Source of the DNA: an uncultured Solirubrobacterales bacterium
GTDB lineage: Bacteria > Actinomycetota > Thermoleophilia > Solirubrobacterales > Solirubrobacteraceae
Direction: 5' to 3'
DNA length: 64,000 bases
Assembly: GCA_963808605.1 (NCBI GenBank)
Contig: CAWEGQ010000009.1
Span: 472,697-536,696, forward strand
In this document: positions 18,428-27,580 of the stretch, one piece after another
Layout: each line of letters starts with the position of its first letter
How positions within the stretch are numbered: the stretch's first letter is position 1
Made by a program: the position numbers and the translations under genes
The notes under the pieces: generated by a model
The model's database searches: none
What the model was told of the DNA's origin: nothing
Seen by the model: only the letters and a program-made list of their open reading frames with translations

Positions 18428-20326
18428 TCAGGCCCCGCAAACCGAGACCTCGCCACCGGGTGCGCCTCGAGGGTTTCGAATACTGAGACGCCACGGCGTC
18501 GCGACCGTGTCCCGCGGGATCACCATCCTCCCGCTGAGCCTGGGAGCCACAAAGCCGACCGTGACGGCCATCCCGGTGGGGGCGAACCGCCTGACGCTGA
18601 CCAGCAGCGCGGCAGCGCTCTGATCCTTGATTACGGTCGTGCCGGTCGGCAGCGACAGTTCGGGTCCCCCCGGAACGGTCGAGGCCTTCAGCCGCCGGCA
18701 GCCCCTGCTGGGCCCCGGACCGCGGATCGGTCGCAGCGTCATCTGGTAGGCCGTGGCCAGCACGCTATCGACGGACTGCCGCTGGGCTGCTGGGGCGTCG
18801 GCGATCTCAGCCGGCGTGTAGAAGGACGGGGTACCGTGGGCTCGGGTCTCGGCGAAGTAGCGACCCGCTGTCACTCCGGACAGGAAGCGGTCGCGCGCGA
18901 CAGGCGGCCGTAGCCAAAGGCCGGCCGGCGCGTGGGAGCCGGCGATCTGCAGCGCGCCGGTGTCGGCTTTCGCGTATTCGGCCTGCGTGCGTAAGAAGCC
19001 GAAGCCAAAGCTCAGCGCGAACAGATTGGAAACCACGACGCCGATGGCGGCGACGGCGATGATCGCGGCAAGCCGGCGAGGGAGCGCGATCCCGCGCAGC
19101 AGCTCGGCTCCGATCAAGATCAGCAGCACCGCGTCGGTCAGCTGGTAGCGACTGGCGACCGGCTCGCGGCCAGGCATGTAACCGGCCCCAGCCAGAGCCC
19201 AGAAGGTCAGCGCCACGCTGCCGATCACCAGCAGCCAGGGTCCGGGCCGCGGTCCACGCAGCAACCTGAGGCCGACCGCTATCGCCAGGATCGGAGCCAG
19301 TAGGTACCCGTGACGCAAAGGCGTCGGCAGGCCTCCGTGGCTGAGACCGGTAACCGATGCCAGTCCGGACGAAATCGAGTCCAGCACGTAGGACGGCAGG
19401 TGCAGGATGTTGTGGAGCGTCACACCCGATGGCTGCTTGTGACCGTAGAAGACCCACCACAGGGCGAACAGCGCCAGCGGGACCGCGGGGATCCACAGCT
19501 GGGTTGGACGGCGCCGGAGCGCGATCACGACCGCGGCTCCGACACCGAACGGGATCCCAAGATTGAACAGCAAGGTCGCACAGACCAGGAGGAAACACGC
19601 GACCGCGTTTCGTCTCGGCGTGTCGACCTCCAATGCGAGCAAAGCCCCGAGCCCCAACGTCAGGGCGCCGAGATGGCTGAACGAAGCGAAGAACAGCATC
19701 ACCTCCCAGGCCGGGCCGAGAAACAGGATCACGGCCGCCGCGACCACACCGACCAGCGGTCCCATTCGCTCACGCACCAGCACGAACACCAGGGCGCCCA
19801 GGCACGCCATCGTGATGCCGAGCACGATGCGGTACGGCAGCTGCGAGCCGAGGCCGAAGACCGCGACCAGCAGTTTGTAGAGCCCGTCCAGCAGCGCCAC
19901 GATGTTGCCGTTGTGCGGGGCCAGCAGGGCGTCCAGCCCACCGTGGGACTCAAGTCCCGGCCGCTGGAGCAGGAACCACCAGTCGTCGTCGAAGAACGAC
20001 AACTTCAGGCCGAGGACCACCACCATCAACGCGCTGGACGTACACAGCAAAATCACCAGCGGCCAGGCCGGCCAAGCGGTCGGCCCCGGGCGCGAGGCAC
20101 CCGACCCGGTGGACGTCTGTTGAGCACCCCTTCGGCGGACCAGGTTCAGAAGCGCCCACCCGAGTCGCGTCGGCCGGCGGGAGCGCCGAGTCGAGGTGAT
20201 CGCATGCCGCGACCATAACCTGATGTGCCGGGCCGTGTCCCAAGCGGCTCGTTCGTGCGTCAGGAGGCGAATATAACACAAATTTGTGTCATCTGCGCGA
20301 TGTGTGCTATACCTGCCGCATGCCAC
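18428..20326 (-). CDS. Polytopic integral membrane protein of unknown function with extracytoplasmic C-terminal domain (GT-C-like topology)
   Basis: More than 10 hydrophobic helices followed by a ~170 aa soluble tail. True start probably lies downstream of 20326, because the first ~60 codons are Arg-rich and overlap the divergent promoter region. Confidence 0.6.
   Translation of the reverse strand: MACGRYSTHRADDTNLCYIRLLTHERAAWDTARHIRLWSRHAITSTRRSRRPTRLGWALLNLVRRRGAQQTSTGSGASRPGPTAWPAWPLVILLCTSSALMVVVLGLKLSFFDDDWWFLLQRPGLESHGGLDALLAPHNGNIVALLDGLYKLLVAVFGLGSQLPYRIVLGITMACLGALVFVLVRERMGPLVGVVAAAVILFLGPAWEVMLFFASFSHLGALTLGLGALLALEVDTPRRNAVACFLLVCATLLFNLGIPFGVGAAVVIALRRRPTQLWIPAVPLALFALWWVFYGHKQPSGVTLHNILHLPSYVLDSISSGLASVTGLSHGGLPTPLRHGYLLAPILAIAVGLRLLRGPRPGPWLLVIGSVALTFWALAGAGYMPGREPVASRYQLTDAVLLILIGAELLRGIALPRRLAAIIAVAAIGVVVSNLFALSFGFGFLRTQAEYAKADTGALQIAGSHAPAGLWLRPPVARDRFLSGVTAGRYFAETRAHGTPSFYTPAEIADAPAAQRQSVDSVLATAYQMTLRPIRGPGPSRGCRRLKASTVPGGPELSLPTGTTVIKDQSAAALLVSVRRFAPTGMAVTVGFVAPRLSGRMVIPRDTVATPWRLSIRNPRGAPGGEVSVCGA
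20276..20289. promoter_or_regulatory. Perfect 14-bp palindrome, putative operator of the MarR/GbsR-like regulator
   Basis: ACACAAATTTGTGT in an AT-rich patch 31 nt upstream of ATG 20320. TTGTGT-N18-TATACC is a possible promoter ending 8 nt before the ATG. Confidence 0.45.
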
Positions 20327-20808
20327 GCGATGAAGAGATCACCTACGCCGACCACCTGGGCCGCTTTTACGCCCGCCGCTACGCGTATCCGCCGATGGTC
20401 GGGCGCGTGCTCGGCTACCTGCTGGTATGCGAACCACGCGACCAGACGATTGCCGAGCTGAGCGAGGCGCTGCTGGCGAGTCGCAGTGCGATCACCGGCG
20501 CGCTGAACGTGCTGGAGCGGACCGACTCGGTTCGGCGCTCCCGGGCCGCGGGGGAGCGGATGGACCGCGTCCGGGTTGACCTCTCCTCGGCGGAAGCGCG
20601 GGGGTTTGACATCTCGGAGTATCAGGAGCTCGGTGATCTGGCCCGGGAGGGCCTCGAGGTGCTGAGCGATGCGCCGCCAGAACGCCGGGCGGAGCTGCTC
20701 GAGCTGGTGGCGTTCGCGGAGTTCTTGGTCGAGAGCATCCAAGCGCTTCGACAGGAGTGGGAGGCGCGTCGTGAAGTCCTCCGTGCCTCCGGGGAGTTGC
20801 CTTCCTGA
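20320..20808 (+). CDS. MarR/GbsR-like winged-helix transcriptional regulator
   Basis: GRVLGYLLVCEPRDQTIAELSEALLASRSAITGALNVLERTDSVRR resembles the GbsR/MarR wHTH. Confidence 0.75.
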   Translation: MPRDEEITYADHLGRFYARRYAYPPMVGRVLGYLLVCEPRDQTIAELSEALLASRSAITGALNVLERTDSVRRSRAAGERMDRVRVDLSSAEARGFDISEYQELGDLAREGLEVLSDAPPERRAELLELVAFAEFLVESIQALRQEWEARREVLRASGELPS

Positions 20809-20860
20809 GCTTTGTGTCGTGCCGCCGCAGGTAAATAAGAGTCTTGATCGGAAAGAAGCC

Positions 20861-21835
20861 ATGACAGTTCCAGCCTCACCGGCCATCACCGCCATCGATG
20901 TGCGCAAGTCCTTCGGCGACAACGTCGTCCTCGACGGACTCGACCTCGCCGTCGAGCCGGGCAGCGTGTTCGCGTTGTTGGGACCCAACGGGGCCGGCAA
21001 GACGACGATGGTCCGGATCCTCGCCACGCTGCTCGAGGCAGATCACGGCACGATCCGTGTCGCCGGACACGACGTGACGCGCGAGCCGGATGCGGTGCGG
21101 GACGTGATCGGCGTGACCGGGCAGTTCTCGGCCATCGACGAGCTGCTCACCGGTGCAGAGAACCTGAAGCTGATGGCCGACCTGCACCACCTCCCGCGCG
21201 CCGAGGGGCGCCGACGCATCGGCGAGCTGCTCGAGCGCTTTGAGCTGACTGAGGCCGGTGACCGGATCGCCATGACCTACTCGGGTGGGATGCGTCGCCG
21301 TCTTGACCTGGCGATGACCTTGATCGGCGCGCCGCAGGTCATCTTCCTCGACGAACCGACTACCGGTCTTGACCCGCGTAGCCGCCGCACCGTGTGGGAG
21401 ATCGTCCGCAGTCTCGCCGATGACGGCACCACGGTGTTCCTCACCACTCAGTACCTCGACGAGGCCGACAAGCTCGCCGACCGGGTGGCGATCCTCGATC
21501 GCGGACGACTGGTCGCGCAGGGCACCGCGCAGGAGCTCAAGCAGGGAATCCCCGGCGGCCGCATCGATGTCCACTTCGCCGACGCCGAGGCGCAACTCCT
21601 GGCCGGCGCCGTTTTGGGAGTGTCGGTCACCGACCAGGATTCGCCGCACTTGCAGATCCCCACCGACGGCAATGTCGCCACCCTGCGTCGCGTTCTCCGC
21701 GACCTCGACGAGGCCGGTGTCGATGTCGTCGATCTGGCGATTCACACCCCCGATCTCGACGACGTCTTCTTCGCGCTGACAGGCCGAGAAGCTCACGGAG
21801 ACGAGTTGAGAACAGCAGAGGAGCTCCACCGATGA
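20861..21835 (+). CDS. ABC transporter ATP-binding protein (DrrA/daunorubicin-resistance-like)
   Basis: Walker A GPNGAGKTT, signature YSGGMRRRL, Walker B IFLDEPTTGLD. Confidence 0.9.
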   Translation: MTVPASPAITAIDVRKSFGDNVVLDGLDLAVEPGSVFALLGPNGAGKTTMVRILATLLEADHGTIRVAGHDVTREPDAVRDVIGVTGQFSAIDELLTGAENLKLMADLHHLPRAEGRRRIGELLERFELTEAGDRIAMTYSGGMRRRLDLAMTLIGAPQVIFLDEPTTGLDPRSRRTVWEIVRSLADDGTTVFLTTQYLDEADKLADRVAILDRGRLVAQGTAQELKQGIPGGRIDVHFADAEAQLLAGAVLGVSVTDQDSPHLQIPTDGNVATLRRVLRDLDEAGVDVVDLAIHTPDLDDVFFALTGREAHGDELRTAEELHR

Positions 21836-22617
21836 CCAGCTCATACGCCCTACGCGATTCGACCACCATGCTGCGGCGCGACCTGCGCCACCTGCAGCGC
21901 TACCCCGGGCTGTCCCTGTTTCCGATCCTCATGCCGGTCGTGTTCCTGCTGCTGTTCGTGTACGTCTTCGGCGGCACGCTCGGCAACGGCATCACCACCG
22001 GCGGGGGACGCGGCGCCTACATCAACTTCCTCACGCCCGGGATGCTGCTGTTCACCGTCGCCGGCGCCGCTCAGATCACCGCCATCTCCGTGGCCAAGGA
22101 CATGACCGAGGGCATCATCGCCCGCTTCAAGACGATGCCAATCTGGCGACCCGCCGTGCTCGCCGGCCACGTGTTCAGCAGCCTGGTCCTGACTCTGATC
22201 AGCCTCGTCGTCACCATCGCCGTGGCTCTGCTGATCGGCTATCACTCCGCCGCCGGCCCGCTGCACTGGCTGGCCGTCTTCGGGGTCCTCGTGCTGCTGG
22301 CCGTTGCGCTGATCTGGCTATCGGTCGCTCTAGGCCTGGTCGCCAAGACCGTCGAGACCTCGAGCAACATACCGATGTTCCTCACCTTCCTGCCGTTCCT
22401 CGGCAGCGGCTTCGTGCCCGTCGCGTCGATGCCCGCCGGCCTCCGTTGGTTCGCCGAGAATCAGCCCTTCACCCCGGTCACCGACACCGTGCGCAGCCTG
22501 CTCGCCAATCAGCACGTCGGCAGCGCGGGCGTCAAGGCGATCGTGTGGTGCCTGGCGATCGCCGGCGCCAGCTATCTATGGGCCAGGTATCTCTACAACC
22601 GCCGACCCGTCCGGTAG
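21832..22617 (+). CDS. ABC-2 type transporter permease (DrrB-like)
   Basis: ATGA overlap with the ATPase gene; six hydrophobic helices; 261 aa. Confidence 0.85.
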   Translation: MTSSYALRDSTTMLRRDLRHLQRYPGLSLFPILMPVVFLLLFVYVFGGTLGNGITTGGGRGAYINFLTPGMLLFTVAGAAQITAISVAKDMTEGIIARFKTMPIWRPAVLAGHVFSSLVLTLISLVVTIAVALLIGYHSAAGPLHWLAVFGVLVLLAVALIWLSVALGLVAKTVETSSNIPMFLTFLPFLGSGFVPVASMPAGLRWFAENQPFTPVTDTVRSLLANQHVGSAGVKAIVWCLAIAGASYLWARYLYNRRPVR

Positions 22618-22720
22618 ACACGATCCCGTCGCGTGGGGCGGTTGTAGTCGAGCCCGGGAAAGCTCGGTTTCGTGTCCCGGCCGTGGGGGGTCATGTCAAG
22701 CACGCTCCAGATCGGCCAGA

Positions 22721-22903
22721 TCAGGTCCACGTGACGGGCGCGCGTCGCTGCGCGGCGACGGTCTCGAGCGTGCGCCGCAGCGCGACCTCCGAGGCGAGCA
22801 GCTGGTTGCGCGCGCGGCGGTATTCGTCGGACTCACCCGGGAAGCGGATTTCCGGGTCGACCGACGTCGCGGCTGAGTCATTTTCGCTGGGGTCCTGGCT
22901 CAT
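22721..22903 (-). pseudogene. Truncated DUF899 family remnant (N-terminal ~60 aa only)
   Basis: FPGESDEYRRARNQLLASEVALRRTLETVAAQRR aligns to the N-terminal helix of DUF899 proteins (compare 8457-9212). The frame then stops, and a possible frameshifted continuation (PDLADL) is seen downstream. Confidence 0.6.
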
Positions 22904-22971
22904 GGCTTCTCCCGTTTCGAGGTTTCAACTGGGTATGTTGATGTCCCCGACCGCGAGGCACACCGCACCAC

Positions 22972-23385
22972 ATGCAGATCACCCGCAGCAGCAGCATTGA
23001 CACGGCCAAAGGCCCGGCCGACTGGTTCACCGGCGACGTCTACATCGACGCCGTCGCCGTCCCCGCCGGCAGCTCGACGTTCGCCGCCGCGAGCGTCCAC
23101 TTCACCCCTGGCGCCCGGACCGCGTGGCACACCCACCCCCACGGACAGACGATCTACGTCATCGAGGGCGCCGGTCTCTGCCAGCGCGAGGGCGGCGCGG
23201 TCGAGGTCATCCGCCCGGGCGATCGCGTGTTCTTCGAACCCGGCGAGAACCATTGGCACGGAGCCGCCCCCAACCGCTTCATGGTCCACCTCGCCATGCA
23301 GCAGAACGATGAGTCCGGCAGCCCGGTCGTCTGGGGGCGTCATGTCACCGACGACGAATACACCACCGCTGCCGCCGACGTCTGA
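22972..23385 (+). CDS. Cupin domain protein
   Basis: GARTAWHTHPHGQTIYVIEG and PGENHWHGA are cupin motifs 1 and 2. Confidence 0.8.
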   Translation: MQITRSSSIDTAKGPADWFTGDVYIDAVAVPAGSSTFAAASVHFTPGARTAWHTHPHGQTIYVIEGAGLCQREGGAVEVIRPGDRVFFEPGENHWHGAAPNRFMVHLAMQQNDESGSPVVWGRHVTDDEYTTAAADV

Positions 23386-23418
23386 CCGGACGCCGGAGGT
23401 CTACCGGCTCCTGGGAGA

Positions 23419-23982
23419 TCAGGAAGCGCTTACCCGGTACCGAAGATGAACGACGCCGTTTCGGAACCGGCGCTCATCGAGGAGTTCAAGCTGCGCCCGG
23501 ACGTCGTCGGGTAATGCGCGCTTGCCGGCGCCCACCAAGATCGGCCCGAGGAACAGATGGCACTCATCGACCAGCCCCAGCGTGAGCGCCTGGCCGGCGA
23601 GCTCGGGGCCGCCGACCGCGATGTCCGCCGTGGAGGTCTGCTTGAGCCGGCGGATCGCGTCCGGATCGAAATCTCGTTCGATCCGGGTCCTGGCGCTGGC
23701 TACGGTCTGAAGTGTCCTCGAGTACACGATCTTGTCGGTGGCCCGCCAGATCGCGGCAAAGTCCCGACTCACCGCCGATGAACCAGGGCCGGCGCCGGCC
23801 GTCTCCCAGTAGACCATCGTCTCGTACATGCGGCGCCCGTATAGGCAGGTGCCGATCGGCCGCTCGAGCTCGTTCACGAAAGCATGAACTTCCTCGTCCG
23901 GCGCCGCCCAGTCGAACCCGCCGTGTTCGTCCTCGACGTAGCCATCGAGCGATGCGATTGCCGAGTAGATCAACTTGGCCAT
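23419..23982 (-). CDS. Dihydrofolate reductase family protein (RibD C-terminal domain type)
   Basis: MAKLIYSAIASLDGYVEDEHGGFDWAAPDEEVH and LFLGPILVGAGKR are typical of this family. Confidence 0.85.
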   Translation of the reverse strand: MAKLIYSAIASLDGYVEDEHGGFDWAAPDEEVHAFVNELERPIGTCLYGRRMYETMVYWETAGAGPGSSAVSRDFAAIWRATDKIVYSRTLQTVASARTRIERDFDPDAIRRLKQTSTADIAVGGPELAGQALTLGLVDECHLFLGPILVGAGKRALPDDVRAQLELLDERRFRNGVVHLRYRVSAS

Positions 23983-24107
23983 CTCTGAGTTCTCCTGTTC
24001 ACTGGAGTATGCGCGGGAGTCCGAAGTGGGGGAACACGCTGCTGTCCGAGAACCAGGTGCTACCGATACAAGCCCGGACGCTCCGACGATCTAGGACACT
24101 AGCTCGC

Positions 24108-25136
24108 GTGACGCAGGCGCGACTCCCATATCTAGGTCTCGCCCTGGCGGGCGTAGTCGCCGCCGCGGTTCTTGGCATCCCGGCAGCCGCCGGAGCGCAC
24201 CTGCGGACCGGCACGGTGGCCGTCGACTATCGCGCCGCCGTCCTGACTCCCGATACGCCCGCCTACGCCGTCCGGATCTACCAGAGCGACCGTGGCCTGA
24301 GTCTGACCCTCAGGCCCGGGCACGTGGTGGTCGCCCTGGGGTACCTGGGCGAGCCGATGTTCCGCCTCGACGCCTCCGGGCTGTGGGTGAACGCGGCGTC
24401 TCCGACGGCGGCCGTCAGCGGCCTGGTGCCCAAGGCCGAGCGGGTGGACGCGGTGGCGCCTCGCTGGCACCTGCAACGGGGGCGGGATGGGGTCGTCTGG
24501 CACGACCCGCGCACGCAGCGACTCCCGTCCGGGGTGGATCAAGGAGTCTGGAGCGTGCCGCTGAACGTCGACGGGAGGCGCGTTCGCCTGAACGGCGAGC
24601 TCAGACGTTTTCCCGCTCCACCGCTGTGGCTGTGGCTGGGGGCGCTCGTGTGCCTGCTCGGTGTGGGTGCGTCGCCGCTGCTGTTGCGCCGACCCGCGTT
24701 CGTGCGGACAGGAGCGATCGCTTGCGCCATCGCTGCCGCGGGCGCGTCGGTGCTGATCGCCCTGGCCTTCGCGCTCGACGCCTACAGCTCGCCGGGGACA
24801 TGGGTCGAAGGCCTGGACGAGATCGCCTTCCTCGCGGTCGGCCTCGGGGTGCTGCTGTGGGGCCCGCGGAACCTCCACGTGGGAGCCGCTATCGGCTCCG
24901 GCCTGGTGGCGGTCGCCGTCGGCCTGAGCAAAGGGGCGATCTTCCTCCACCCGCTCGTGTTGGCGCCATTGCCCGGCACCGCCGTCCGCGTGCTCGGCGT
25001 AGTGGCGATCGGTGTCGGGTTGACGGCGGCAACCCTCGGCTGCGCTTTCTACGTCGATCTCGAGCGGAAGGGTCGGGCCCGGCCCGGCCAGCGAGCGACT
25101 TGGAGTCACTTTTCCCTGCATACAGGCGAAAAGTGA
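24108..25136 (+). CDS. Hypothetical exported/membrane protein
   Basis: GTG start followed by a signal-like segment LALAGVVAAAVLGIPAAAGA, a soluble domain, then ~5 TM helices. The last ~12 codons are encoded by the palindromic repeat element. Confidence 0.55.
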   Translation: MTQARLPYLGLALAGVVAAAVLGIPAAAGAHLRTGTVAVDYRAAVLTPDTPAYAVRIYQSDRGLSLTLRPGHVVVALGYLGEPMFRLDASGLWVNAASPTAAVSGLVPKAERVDAVAPRWHLQRGRDGVVWHDPRTQRLPSGVDQGVWSVPLNVDGRRVRLNGELRRFPAPPLWLWLGALVCLLGVGASPLLLRRPAFVRTGAIACAIAAAGASVLIALAFALDAYSSPGTWVEGLDEIAFLAVGLGVLLWGPRNLHVGAAIGSGLVAVAVGLSKGAIFLHPLVLAPLPGTAVRVLGVVAIGVGLTAATLGCAFYVDLERKGRARPGQRATWSHFSLHTGEK

Positions 25137-25144
25137 CTCCAAGT
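25098..25144. repeat. AT-rich palindromic repeat element, copy 1 (REP/MITE-like; possible bidirectional terminator)
   Basis: ACTTGGAGTCACTTTTC-CCTGCATACAGGC-GAAAAGTGACTCCAAGT with 17-bp perfect arms, between convergent genes. Second copy at 35623-35659. Confidence 0.8.
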
Positions 25145-25151
25145 CAGGGCA

Positions 25152-26291
25152 TCAGAACGCCGTCGCGCCGTTCGGCGTCCCCAGTCCGGTCGGGCCGTCG
25201 TAGCCGGCGATCGCCGTACAGAGGTAGCTCCCACCGCACGAGCCGTTGGAGCCCCCGACCACATCGAACAGGGCGCTGACGTGCGCGTACGGGTCCGAGC
25301 CAAACGTGGGAGTTGTCCCGTTCAGCGCGTACACGCCGCTGATGATCGGCGCGGCGACACTGGTGCCACCGAACTTCAGCCAGCCGCCGGAGGGGTAGGT
25401 GTCGTAGACCGACACGCCGGTGCGAGGATCGGCGTCGGCGGAGACATCCGCCACGGTGCGCCGCGCGCAGCCGGTGTCGTGCTGCCAGGTGGGCTTCGGC
25501 TCGTAGGCCGAGCAGCCGGAGCCGGCTCCGGCCCAGGCCACCTCCGACCAGCCGCGGGCGTTCGTGGAGCGCGTCAGGGTGGTACCGCCGACGGCAGTGA
25601 CGTAGCGCGAGGCCGCCGGGAACTGGACGCCGTAGCCGGTATCCCCGCTCGAGGCCACCACCGCGATCCCCGGGTGGTGGTAGTACGCGTTCTCGTAGGT
25701 CGCCTCGGAGGAGAACTCGCTTCCTCCGTATGAGTTGGAGATCACGATCGCGCCCAGCCGGGCTGCCGTGTTGACGGCGGTGCCGAGGTTGACGATCGAT
25801 GAGCTCGCGGCCTCGACGAGCAGGATCTTGCAGTTCGGGCAGATCGCCGACGCCATGTCGAGGTCGAGCGAGATCTCCTGGCCCCAGCTGGCATTGCCTG
25901 CCGGGTAAGCCGTCCCGCCGTTCTGATCGACCTTCCGGAAACAGCCAGAGGCGGCGGTGCAGGCGGGGATCCCGAACCTCGCGCGGTAGACGCCCAAATC
26001 CGCGGCGGCGTTGGGATCGTCGTACGCATCGACGATCGCGATCGTCTTACCGGTGCCTGCCGTGGTGGCCGTCGTCAGCTTGTATGCGCTTCTCAAATCG
26101 CCGGGGCCGAGGCCTGTCGGGGCCGATGTCGCCGCCGGCCGGTCCTTGGCGTTGACCGCCACCAGCGCATGGCAGCGGGCGAACCCCTTCGCCTCCGGAC
26201 CGCAGACCTTTCGATCGCGCTCCGCCTGAGCGACGGCGGGGAACAACATCAACAGTCCCAGCAGTGCCACCAACACAGAACGACCGCGCAT
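25152..26291 (-). CDS. S53 (sedolisin-like) / S8-clan secreted serine peptidase
   Basis: Signal peptide MRGRSVLVALLGLLMLFPAVAQA; GKTIAIVDAYDDP, ISNSYGG, SSGDTGY, GGTSVAAP motifs. Confidence 0.8.
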   Translation of the reverse strand: MRGRSVLVALLGLLMLFPAVAQAERDRKVCGPEAKGFARCHALVAVNAKDRPAATSAPTGLGPGDLRSAYKLTTATTAGTGKTIAIVDAYDDPNAAADLGVYRARFGIPACTAASGCFRKVDQNGGTAYPAGNASWGQEISLDLDMASAICPNCKILLVEAASSSIVNLGTAVNTAARLGAIVISNSYGGSEFSSEATYENAYYHHPGIAVVASSGDTGYGVQFPAASRYVTAVGGTTLTRSTNARGWSEVAWAGAGSGCSAYEPKPTWQHDTGCARRTVADVSADADPRTGVSVYDTYPSGGWLKFGGTSVAAPIISGVYALNGTTPTFGSDPYAHVSALFDVVGGSNGSCGGSYLCTAIAGYDGPTGLGTPNGATAF

Positions 26292-26485
26292 AGATTGCTC
26301 CCTAGATTCGGACCCCAGAAACCCGCTGCTCGGCGGTCGGACACCTGCCACCGTCCGCCGACCTGAGAAACCTACCGCGAAGCGAGGCGTCCCGGGAAAA
26401 TTCCATTGATCCTCCTCGGCTCGGGCTCGCCGGCCTGCGGGGGAGACACTTGCGAATCGACGGCTGGTCACGTCGCCGCGGCCGT

Positions 26486-27532
26486 TCAGGACTGCTTGCT
26501 GCTCGAGACTCGGGCCCCGCAGCCGGCGAGGTCGTAGCCGCCGAAGTGGGCGACGCGCTTGGTGAACGCGCTCGTGGCCAGGAGGTCGCCGAGCCCGCTG
26601 ATGCCGGGGTGATCAAGCCACCGCTCGGCGAGCCAGATCTCGACGGTGTGGTACTCCAGGGCTAGGAAGCGAAGATCGAACGCCCGGGCGGCGCCTTCGG
26701 TGGTGATTGCTGCGCCGTTGATCGCGGCGGCGATACGCGCGGCGTCGATGTGCCCGGTGGCCCGCGGCCCGGATGGCGCGGCGGCGATCCCGGCTCGGGA
26801 GATCGCGCGCTCGAGCGCTTGCTGGCTGGCGGCGGCCGCGTCGCGCTGCGCGACCGGCACCCCGCCGCCGAGCACCGCCTCGAGGGAATCGCCGGCAAGC
26901 ATCGGCGCGACTGCGAGCCCGACCTGCCAGCGGGTGAGGTGCCAGCGGAGGACGGGGACGGGCGGTGGTGGCAGCTCGTTCGCCAACCCATGTACGACGG
27001 CGGCGTGTACGCGATTTCGCTTGAGCGCCCGCAGTGCCGTCCCGGTCGGCGCCGAAATAGCGAGCAGGCTGCGATGACCGAGCCCTTGCAGCATCGCTTC
27101 CGCGACCCCAAGGGCTGGATCGCAGCCGGCGACCACGATTCCGGCGGGGATCGGACCGGGGAACAGTCGTGGCGTGCCGGCCTGAACCACGCCATCGGGC
27201 TTGGCCCAGCCCGCTCCGGAGATGCCGTGGTCCGCTAGTTCGGCGGCTACGAATTGATCGGCGACGCGTCCGATGCGCAGCGGCGCCCCGTCGCGCAGTC
27301 GACCGCCGAGCGCCGCAACCACGCCGAGCGGGCTGTCGGCGAATAACTCCTCGACGCTCGTCGCCAGCGCCTGTGCCAATCCAAGCGCGGCGTCCACGGC
27401 CGGCTTGTTGAGGCCCGCCTCGACCGCCGCGACGAGCTGTCGGCTGACGCCAGCCCGAGCGGCGAGCTCGGTTTGGGTCAGCCCGCATTCCACTCGGCGC
27501 GCCCGCAAAGGAGACTCCGCCCTGTACTCCAT
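26486..27532 (-). CDS. XRE-type HTH regulator with C-terminal PBP-like (molybdate/tungstate-binding-like) domain
   Basis: LTQTELAARAGVSRQLVAAVEAGLNKP is the HTH. The C-terminal ~270 aa are periplasmic-binding-protein-like. Divergent from modABC. The upstream 210 codons of the ORF-track entry are Arg-rich and rejected. Confidence 0.8.
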   Translation of the reverse strand: MEYRAESPLRARRVECGLTQTELAARAGVSRQLVAAVEAGLNKPAVDAALGLAQALATSVEELFADSPLGVVAALGGRLRDGAPLRIGRVADQFVAAELADHGISGAGWAKPDGVVQAGTPRLFPGPIPAGIVVAGCDPALGVAEAMLQGLGHRSLLAISAPTGTALRALKRNRVHAAVVHGLANELPPPPVPVLRWHLTRWQVGLAVAPMLAGDSLEAVLGGGVPVAQRDAAAASQQALERAISRAGIAAAPSGPRATGHIDAARIAAAINGAAITTEGAARAFDLRFLALEYHTVEIWLAERWLDHPGISGLGDLLATSAFTKRVAHFGGYDLAGCGARVSSSKQS

Positions 27533-27580
27533 GATTCCGTTAGGGTGCCAGAATCCTGGCGTGCGGACAAGGAGGCAGTC

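Noticed and set aside
26391-26406. 16-nt identity CCGAGGAGGATCAATG between the S53 peptidase leader and both pilin leaders
   Set aside because: A single 16-mer match that is dominated by the SD consensus is expected by chance at about this window size. The flanks show no further similarity and no GEMM motifs are present.
27533-27580. Molybdenum-cofactor riboswitch upstream of modA
   Set aside because: The intergenic region is only 48 nt and is shared with the divergent regulator, which is too short for the ~130-nt Moco motif.
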